A stretch of DNA of 60,565 nucleotides, counting the filler, from Nemertoderma westbladi (taxonomy: Eukaryota > Animalia > Xenacoelomorpha): assembly GCA_032718475.1 (NCBI GenBank). It is 2 parts of 2 records of this genome, joined end to end, with 100 filler letters (N's around TTAATTAATTAA, not from the genome) between each part and the next. Parts side by side here need not be neighbours in the genome. Positions count along the whole stretch, not along the records: positions 1 to 31,231 come from JAUCBJ010000447.1; 1 more part is not named here. One strand, given 5' to 3'. Positions 12,978-22,095 of this stretch are shown piece by piece. How positions within the stretch are numbered: the stretch's first letter is position 1; each line of letters opens with the position of its first letter. A model generated the notes under the pieces. It was not told the origin of the DNA. It worked only from the letters and a program-made list of their open reading frames with translations, and did no database searches. A program made the position numbers and the translations under genes.

Positions 12978-13095
12978 GTGCCCCCACTCGGCTATAGAGA
13001 GTGCCTCTCGGTACGTTCACTGGATGTCAGGGCCCCAACCGCAGGTTATCGTGTTCGGAGAACTCGGATCCGTGCTCGGCCACGGTACTAGCATT
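12978..13095 (+). other. Structured array motif, copy 6
   Basis: Same core; inner hairpin GTTC-GGA-GAAC at 13053-13063. Confidence 0.85.
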
Positions 13096-13409
13096 GCGCA
13101 GGCCTTTATAGATTGGCGTGAATTTCTGGGAGCACAAGATCTCAGCATCTAAGCGAAAACCACCAATAGGATGTTCCTAGACCCCCCCCCAAAATTTATC
13201 CAGAAGACTTTTTCCCATATACATTACGTTTCAAAAGTCTACGGTTCTCCGTCTAGGGCCAATTTGAGTCAAAAAGTCAGCCTCCCTAGCAACCTCGTTG
13301 CTATGGAGCTACAGCCAAAACGGCTAATGCTACGGAGTTGGGACCGGCGCCAATCGATAGGCAGCATATGGGTTTACCTTCACAAGTTCGAGTTTGAAGT
13401 TGCCCGATC

Positions 13410-15360
13410 ATGATCTTGACCATGATCAGCAAAGATCAGTTTTGATCAGAAATCGGACACTCAAGGCTTGCTCCAATCGAAAAATTTAACATTACAAAAA
13501 GATTCAGCGACCCCACATTAGTCATGATTCCCGTTAAAAGATTTTCGAAAAAGTGAATTCTTCCTGATCAAAACACAAGATCATGATCGCGCAAAGATCG
13601 GACTTCGTAAAATCGTAACTAAGCATTTTGGATATAAACAATTACTGTAGGAAACGTTCAGAACACCGCCCTGAGTCGATTAAAAAAAAATTGGCTCGAT
13701 CGGACAACCGGTTCTCGAGATCTGATACCTGATCATTAAAGATCGTGTTTTTCGGTTTTTTCGAATTTTCTCGAAAACTTTGTTTGAGACCCCCGATTTT
13801 TTTTTTACGAATTCACTTCTATGATGAAGGGGCAACTTTTGAGCATTTCGAAATTTTCAAAAAGCGATTTGATCAGGCCGCGATCAGAAAAGATCGTGTT
13901 TTTGGTTTTATTTCGAAGACCAAGTCCTGGGAGTTCACCGTATGGAAAAACTTAACATCACAAAAAGATTCCTCACCCTCGAATTATGGGGGGTAGCCAA
14001 AATTTGGGCATAAAAAAGTTCAAGTCTAGTGGGTCAAAACTCAAGATCATGATCGCGAAAAGATCAGTATATTTAAAATCTAATCTAAGCATTTTTCTAA
14101 TAAACATTCATTGTAAGAAATGTTCAATGGTCTATTTTGAGTTGATTAAAAAAAAAATTGGCTCGATCGGTCAACCGGTTCTCGAGATCAGCTTCCTGAT
14201 CATAAAAGATCGTGTTTTTCGGTTTTTCCCGATTTTCTCGAAAACTTTGTTTGAGACCCCCGATTTTTTTTTTACTAATCGACTTCTATTAAGAAGGGGC
14301 AACTTTTAAGCATTTCGAAATTTTCAAAAAGCGATTTGATCAGGCCATGATCAGGAAAGATCATGTTTTCGGTTTTATTTCAAAGACCAAGTCCTGTGAG
14401 TTCACCGTATGAAAAAACTTAACATTACAAAAAGATTCCTCACCCTCGAATTAGGGGGGGTAGCCAAAATTTGGGCATAAAAAAGTTCAATTCTAGGGGG
14501 TCAAAAGATCATGATCGCGAAATGATCAGTTTTTTCGAAATTACTTCTAAACATTTTGGGGCAAAACTTTCAAACCAAAAAACATTCACTGGAGTGTTCT
14601 AAGTAGATTAAAGAAAATTTCGACTCAATAGGCCTACCGGTACCAGAGATATGGTCATCCAAAGTCTGCGTCCGGTAATTCGAAATTATTTCGAAAACCC
14701 TTGATCGAATTTTTTTCTTGAAAAAATGTGAATGTACAGTTAGTGGACCCGCATCTAACGATATATCATAATCCATGTTTCGGATGACAGGTACCGGTGA
14801 AATCAGACTTTACCGAAAAAAAATTCAAATTTTAGCTACTCATGTCTGACTATCTCGAAAACTATAACAGGTATGGAAATACTTTCACTGCAAGAAATGT
14901 TTGCCTATCCAATGCGCTTCTAACTCTGTGCTCGGATTTTGCATAGTGTCAGAACCTACTACTTAACCCCCCCAGCGGAGGGAACGGAGTGACCGGAGCG
15001 CCAGTACTATCTTTCATTATAATGAAGTAATAAGGGCGGTGGGTGGGGTAGGTGGTGAACACTATTTATAGGGTGGAGGGAGGGTCTAGTATATTACTTT
15101 ATGATATTTGATTTATTTGCAATATAGTTTAGCTGCCTCAGTCTTATTTGTAATATATTATACATTATACCAAATTATATCAAGTTTTAACATACTACAT
15201 TGTCTACCTGTAGGAGAAATATACAATGTAGGGCTCATAATATATTTATAAATAGATTTAGTATATTTACATTGTATAACAGAGTTAATTGATACTATTA
15301 TGGTATTATACTAAAGACGCCGCTTTGATATATCTGATCAAATGGCAATTTCTGGTATAT
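13410..15360. repeat. GATC-rich module, paralog of 5200-8070 with fewer internal units
   Basis: Colinear similarity, for example spurious ORFs 6255 versus 13986. Confidence 0.85.
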
Positions 15361-15761
15361 TATCTATTTCACTATCTTGGGTTTTGGGTATATCATTCAA
15401 TTTTTAAAACTATAATAATAAACATTTACTTCACTTCTTGTTTACTCGCATGGATATATTAATATAAAATACGCCAGTATAATATCTTATGGGGCCAAAC
15501 CCAGCGTAATCAGAGTAATGTTTAATTATTATTTCAATTGGCACATTGAAGTAAGTAGTACATGAGTTTGATACAATAATTATGAATCCGTATCTTATTC
15601 TACTCTACTTCCTCTAACACTCTCTCTCTCTTTCTCTTTCGCTCTCTCTTTCTCATTCTTATTCTACTACTACTAACTACTATTACTACTACTACTGACT
15701 ACTGCAGAGTTAGGTGTATATTACAAGAGGACGGGGTTCGTGATTATTAGTTATTATACAA

Positions 15762-15804
15762 GTGCCCCTCGGCTATAGAGAGTCCACCCTCGGTTGCTTA
15801 CTGG
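15762..15804 (+). other. Structured array motif, copy 7 (terminal, 5' half only)
   Basis: GTGCCCCTCGGCTATAGAGAGTCCACCCTCGGTTGCTTACTGG, followed by unrelated sequence. Confidence 0.8.
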
Positions 15805-16242
15805 GTAGTGAGTGTCTTGGAAACCGTGAGCCTGGCCATTCAGCTTACACTGCGAATCCACCAATAGAAGATATTTTAGAGTTTCCTTTCAGTTGGTTAT
15901 AAGTTCGGTTCGGTTAAGGTACGAAGTGAACAGGACAGGAACTCAACTGAGAATATGATGCAAATCATATATCTATTTTGCAGATAATTAACAAGAGCCC
16001 AGAGTAGAGTAGAATTGTATTATATTTGTATACTAGTACTACACTTGGACAGTTCAGTACTTAAATTTCCAATTGGGGTGTTGTTTCAGCCTTCACATAG
16101 GGTTAATGTTAAAGGAATATTAAAAAATTAGTGCCTAGAAGTCAAAATTTTACTGTAAACTGTGTTCCTAAATTTAGTTTATTGTTTTGGTTAGAAAAAC
16201 CTGCCATTATGACCTGCTACTTTCCTTTAAAAGTTACCTTAA

Positions 16243-17978
16243 CCTTCCTGCACTGTTGGGGTACTATAGTACCCCACAGCCACTTTGAGTAGCTCGTGCT
16301 CAGAGTTGCCAGCAGCTTAGAAGATGGTCTTCTAGGAATGCCTGCACCATATAGGGGTCTTTCATAATATATTTACGTTTTTTGAAAAATATTTATTATT
16401 TTGACATATTTTTAGTTCAACCTCCTACTATGCTTTGGGGTACTATAGTACCCCAGTACTAAATCTATTGTACTGTAGACTGTAGTCCTGATATTGATAT
16501 CAATATATGGGTAGGTACTGTACGGTACCGGTACATAGCCATTGTACAGTTGTATGTTAGCCTGATAGTAGGTATGTACCGGTACTGTATTGTAGCGGAA
16601 TAGCCTAAACGGTATATGGATATCAGTATATGGGTAGGTACTGTACGGTACCGGTACATAGCCATTGTACAGTTGTATGTTAGCCTGATAGTAGGTATGT
16701 ATAAGGGCGGTGTTGATGCCGTTGATAAATGTTTATCGACATACACGGTGAAAAGAATGACTAAGCGTTGGCCAGTTGTTGTATTTGCGTATATACTCGA
16801 TATTTCTGCCTACAATTCATTTTGTGTTTGGATGGAATTGTTCCCTGAATGGAATGACAAGCAGAAGATGCGGAGGAGACGTTTATTCCTAGAACACCCT
16901 GGGCGAGAACTTGTTACACCTCATATAGAATCCCGAGCAGTTCTTCCCCGGTCTGCACAAGCCGCCACCCTGGTTAGAGATATTCAAGGGACATCATCCT
17001 CTCCTTCAACAGACAGTCAATGTCCAACTGTTTCTGATTCAATTGCAGATTCCAGGAAGTCAAAGGAACGGCGCTGCGAGGAATGTCATCGTGAGGACGA
17101 CGTGAAATCGTCAATGAGTTGCTGCAAATGCCATAAATGTATATGTGTGAGGCACGCATATTCAGTTTGTTACAACTGCAAACCATTAGGATTGACTCGT
17201 ATATTTGCCTACTACACTATAGGCCTACAATATATCTATTGTTATTCTGCAAATATAATCTTTCTATCTGTACCTACAGACCTACACTACATTTATTACC
17301 GGTATGTATATTGTATATTGGACTATCATGTAGGGTAATACATTCCTGGGGCCTATATTTTACTGTATATAATACTTAATATATTGTATTATCCCATGTT
17401 TTATTATATTTGTGATTGCTTTGAATGTACGGGCCCAGGTCACCCTACATTCCTTACTACAACTCCAGTTTTATTATATTTCATGTTTCTCTATGTACTG
17501 TAAGTTGCATGTATCGGTATTTGCCTATATATTATCTGAATACTACTATTGTCTTATTGTCTATATAGATATATATATAACACACTGTTTTAGATAAATG
17601 ATGCAGTTTTTTTGAAAACCTAAATTTGCCTGACACCAGACTAAATGATTATACCTGCATGGCACGTGACAAAACTTACAGATGGTCTATCTACTATACA
17701 ATACAACGAGTTTACCAAGTTTGGTGCGATTTCGGCAAGCCATTATGGATAAATTGACATTTAAATATTTGACAGACACTCGAACTGACAAACAGACAGA
17801 CATACACTACTTGGCACTCATGGAATGGCATAAAAACACTAGCTGATAACTATGATTCACACAAGGTAATTACCTAGACTTATCATACATTTGTTATTGA
17901 AATTATGGTAAATTAGTGTGGGGTATTATAGTACCCCAAGCACTGTAGATGTGTATTGAAACGAACAATGCAGGAAGG
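16243..17978 (+). mobile_element. piggyBac DNA transposon, internally deleted
   Basis: TTAA on both sides (16239-42, 17979-82). 15-bp TIR CCTTCCTGCA(C/T)TGTT. Subterminal palindrome GGGGTACTATAGTACCCC near both ends. Transposase remnant inside. Confidence 0.92.
16697..17190 (+). pseudogene. piggyBac transposase C-terminal fragment (third catalytic Asp region plus Cys-rich domain)
   Basis: KGGVDAVDK..RWP..F.YILDISAYNSF and C-terminal CxxC..CxxC..CxxH..CxxC. The N-terminal two-thirds are absent. Confidence 0.88.
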
Positions 17979-18261
17979 TTAAATGATGAATATCAAAATT
18001 AAACATTCGCGAAATTAAGTTAATATGTTAAAATAGGTTGAAACGCCACCCCAATTGCTAATATGCGCGCAGTACATGAGAAAAATGATCGCGTACAGTA
18101 CTCGAAAAAGTGATCTCCAGTGCAAATGACGGGTCGCCATTTGCGTATATGAGATAACCTAAACAAAGTTTTGTTTATTGTTTTCGTTGCAAAATACCGG
18201 TATTGTAACCTGCTCCTTTCTTTCCCTAACGTTTTATATTAATTTATACCGTAATTAATAC

Positions 18262-18775
18262 GTAAGGGAAAGGCATGGGCAGCCTTGAATAGGCTTTCCA
18301 GGATTTGCAAGTCACCGAGAATTAATCGGAAACTTAAGGTCCGGTTATTTAGAGCAGCAGTAGTTCCAGTACTCCTCTATGGGAGTCCATGCTGGGCTCT
18401 AACTGCTGAGGAGACCAAATCTCTGGACGGCACATTCACAAGAATGCTACACCGGGTTCATTGTTCAATGCACACATCTCCAACCAGACACTATATAACA
18501 TTGGAGGTGTCTCATTGGTTCCCCCAAGCTTGACACTAGAACAAAATCGCCTCCGCTTTGCAGGACATTGCTTTCGCCGTGAGGACCAGCCAGTGCATAA
18601 TCTTGTACTTTGGCAGACTCATGGACTGAATAAGCATGGTGGACAGCCCATGACTTTCTTGAGACGCATCTTAAAGGACACTGGCCTTGAAGATGCGGAT
18701 GATCTAGCAAATGTCATGGGTGATAGGGAGTTGTGGCGGTGCAATTTTGTCGATAAGCCGGCACAGCATTCTTAA
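18262..18775 (+). mobile_element. RTE-type non-LTR retrotransposon 3' fragment (frameshifted)
   Basis: KVRLFRAAVVPVLLYG..W.LT..LDGTFTRML and RLRFAGHCFR..LVLW..DRELWR are typical post-RT motifs. Confidence 0.85.
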
Positions 18776-18826
18776 AAATGCAGCTGCAATACAGCATGCC
18801 GATCCTAGTAGTAGTAGTATACCGAT

Positions 18827-19060
18827 AGGGGAGGACTTCCGACGCAATACAGATTCATCCCATTCCAGGGGAAAATCGACGCAAATAACAGCTGACCCGA
18901 AAATAAAACTGTAACCTGTTCTATTGACTGTAGTTTATTGTTTTGGTTAGAATAACAAACCACCACTGTAACCTGCTCTTTTCGATAAAATGAGAATTTA
19001 ACATTGAGGCGGGATATTAATTCGCCGAGATGGGATTTGCAACCAGTTTTCCCCCTGTCT
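18827..19060. repeat. Dispersed ~230-bp repeat (other copies ~56375-56600 inverted, ~59523-59775)
   Basis: Shared CGACGCAAT..CCAGGGGAAA..AATAACAGCTGA..GTTTATTGTTTTGGTTAGAAT..GAGAATTTAACATTGAGGCGGGATATTAATTCGCCGAGATGG. Confidence 0.75.
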
Positions 19061-20509
19061 CAATTTATATTGAGTTGTTAAACCCACTAAACACATAATT
19101 GGAGTTTGCGTTCATTTTCCGCCATTGACTCCTTTTTGCTTTAGTGAGGCGTAACTTTTAGCAGGTTCGCTTTACTCAGCAACAGTTGTTCGCATACGAG
19201 TTGTCGTGTTAGTTTGACTCGTGCGGGAAAAGTCCAGGACAAATAGTCCGGGGAAGAAAAATGAGGGACGAAAAGACATTCGAGACAAAAAGTCCGTGGT
19301 GGTGGACATTTCGTCTCCAGATATTTTTTGCGTCCACGGACTTTTCAAACCGGGACGAATAGTCCGGGGACGAAAACTCCCTCATTCGATTTATTGATCT
19401 AGAGTAGGAGCCCAGAGCGAGGGGATGACTTAGGACGAGGATAGAGTGCAGATTGGAAACACCGGCGATGGAAGTCTCGTGAGACTCGGAAACAGTGGTT
19501 CTGCAGGGTGATGAACGGTTTTATTAGTAGACAATTGAGTTATTGGCATGGAATCATTGGCGTTTTTATTAACTTCACAAGATAAAATGCCTTGCACATT
19601 TAACAGTGACATTTAACAGTGTCAGCAAAATATGATCAATTGCCAATATCACACAAATTCTATGTTCGAGTTCCTCCTTCTTTTCGAGTTCGTATCTTAA
19701 CTTGCTGCTTGTGGCGCAGTGGCGGCGGCGGGGACTGTGTACTCCCGCCCCATCAGTACAGTATTAATTATGCCGGTCTAACTGCTCTGTTTCCGTTACT
19801 ACGGTTTGGCAATACACATACGGATCAGCACACGTAACAATTATTTACTTCCAAGAGAATACTTTATATGATTACATTGCGAGGTGTAACAGAAAGATTC
19901 CGTTGCACAGGAGGCATGATTCTCTCACCGGTCGTATAAAGATTTATTCAAAGATGTGAGATTCATTTAGGGCCATCTCTAAAATACCACGGGGCAATAA
20001 CCTGGAAAAACCTGGAACTACCACTAAAAATAAAAAACAAAAAAACAAAACAAACATTTTCAAAAGATTTAAAAGAACTACTCATGGAAGAACTGGTATA
20101 AATAACTAATTAATAAAATTAATAGAATAGAATAATAATTATAATTATAATTAAATCTATAAAGTAAGATAAAAAAAACATAAACCTTTTTAAATTTAAT
20201 TAAAACATCACCCGCCTGATCTGGATTTGCTCTCAATCCCCCCCCCCCCCCCCCCCCCCCCTACCCCTTAGGCGTAAGTCCCCCCCCCCTCTCCAACAAC
20301 AAGTTACTACAACAGTTATTGTCAAAACTAGCATCTGCTACTGACAATCTCTGTTGCTTCCATAAAAATTCTAGAACATAATTTCAAATTTTTGATATTC
20401 ATCTGCAAGACTTATTTTTTCACACTTTAAACTGTTATGTGCAAAATTTGATGTTTGGAAAAGAAATATTATATATTGATAATTGAGCTGGTGAACGCTA
20501 ATGCTGTTC

Positions 20510-20731
20510 ACTACCACACAGGTGATCTACTATAGTATACCCACAGTATACCCTATAGTATATATAGTTATGTTTCCGAAGTTGCCTTGGTTCCCATTTA
20601 TCGACCAGTTTCGGATGAAAGCCTAGGATGCTACTAAAGCAATGTGCCCAAACAGAATTGCTCCGTTTAGGGATCGAACCTGGAGCCTCCGGATTAGAGC
20701 CCCCAGTGTTTCACAACTAGACAAAGTTACC
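20510..20731 (-). mobile_element. tRNA-derived SINE
   Basis: Minus strand has an A-box-like TGTCTAGTTG and B-box GGTTCGATCC in tRNA-like spacing, followed by a TAAATGGGAACC core-domain-like motif. The 3' boundary is approximate. Confidence 0.6.
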
Positions 20732-21792
20732 AAATTTTGCGTAAAATTACTTACATAGATGCAATAACCTCTAATGGGAATGGGAATGGGTGTTATAAAA
20801 ATAAAAATATTAGTAAAAAATAACTAAAAGACAAGCCGATAATGTTAATGTTACTTACACAAAAATGTCAATAAAGTGATCCCTAATTATTGGATTCAGG
20901 ATGGAACCCCAATTATTTATGAATGCTTCTAGTAAGCAGACAGACAGCCATGTTCCCATGTCCACTGGAATTGTCTCAGATTTATTGCTTTATAGTCTGT
21001 AGGAAAGTCCAATAAATCCCAGTTCCCCAACTTAAGAGTACCAGAACTCTGGTTATTGGTTATTTGAGTGGCTGACTGTTGTATCTTCCATTAGCTTTTT
21101 ATTCCTCTCCCTGCCTTCCTTACTGCTGCCATAAGGTCATCCATCAACTTCCTATTGGCTATCACTCCTGTCCTACACTTAGACCTAAATATTGCCTGCT
21201 GTTTTCTTTAGTGGATTTAATATCTGCAAATATTTTTATTTAGCTGAACCTGAGCTGGTGGCATTACACATATAATGTGGCAAATAATACTTCCTAGATT
21301 TCAAAATTCTAAAGGTTACGAACTAAGGTTGTTGTGTTGGTTAGTTCAGATACAATATGTAGTTTTTTTTAATATTTTGTGATCATTGTATTTACTTTAT
21401 TGTGGGTGTTATATATATTTCATATTTATTTCATATTAATTCATTTGTAAATGTATTATTACCCCAAATCAATAGAACAGGTTACAGTTTTATTTTTGAA
21501 AATCATTATCCAATCAGGTATCAGCTGTTGATTTTGATTGCGTCCAGACCCCATTTAATTCATAATAAAATAATATTAAATTTTAATGAAAATGAATAAT
21601 TATCGCCTCTATTGTAAATACAACTTTGTGTATCATAACAAGTTTTAGACTGTGTCAGAATGGGCGAAAGAGCAAAATCAACTGACAACCAAACACCGAC
21701 GCAATAGAGACAACAGATTGAAACAAATTTAATTAGGTAGGGCCTATTATTAACAACTAATTAAATATTAAATAATACCTGAATAATAATGC

Positions 21793-21802
21793 CCTAATTA
21801 GG
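21793..21802. promoter_or_regulatory. CArG box (candidate SRF site) upstream of the PDZ gene
   Basis: CCTAATTAGG fits CC(A/T)6GG, ~295 bp before the ATG. It could be chance in AT-rich DNA. Confidence 0.3.
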
Positions 21803-22095
21803 TCTTATAATACCTAATTATGGCGTGCCAAATGTCTGTCCAGTGCCAGTGGACGTGCCTGGCATCTTAGCCCAGTATCGATATTCCATTAACTACAAAA
21901 TTTCAAATACTAGGAAAAAATTGTGAAAATTTAAATATTTATTAATTGAAATTGTTATCTATCATTTATCAAGATATTGGATTGGAATATTATAACAGTA
22001 TACATCACAAAGAGATGCATTTCAATATAATTCACAATATTGTGGACAAGAGTTGAAACTGAAACTAGTTTTAAAACTGATATTTATACATAATT

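Larger units (their letters stand above)
1..15804 (+). mobile_element. Putative right-hand portion of a giant rolling-circle (Helitron-like) element: nuclease ORF plus modular non-coding array
   Basis: Internal self-similarity runs from ~3.9 kb to 15.8 kb and stops at hairpin+CTGG (15801-15804). The class assignment is inference; no Rep or helicase motifs lie inside the window. Confidence 0.4.

Noticed and set aside
4245-14776. Many 60-110 aa ORFs, some duplicated
   Set aside because: No recognisable domains. Frames are broken between paralogous modules, and their similarity just reflects DNA duplication.
4253-15804. CRISPR array or Penelope/hammerhead array interpretation
   Set aside because: Spacers are 0.5-3.7 kb and mutually homologous, there are no cas genes, and I found no CUGANGA/GAAA hammerhead core in the motif.
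16616-17338. 240-aa ORF as a functional transposase
   Set aside because: The N-terminus derives from a tandem duplication and most of the catalytic core is missing.
20640-20731. tRNA gene
   Set aside because: A B-box is present but there is no convincing cloverleaf or acceptor stem, and the sequence continues into a SINE-like body.
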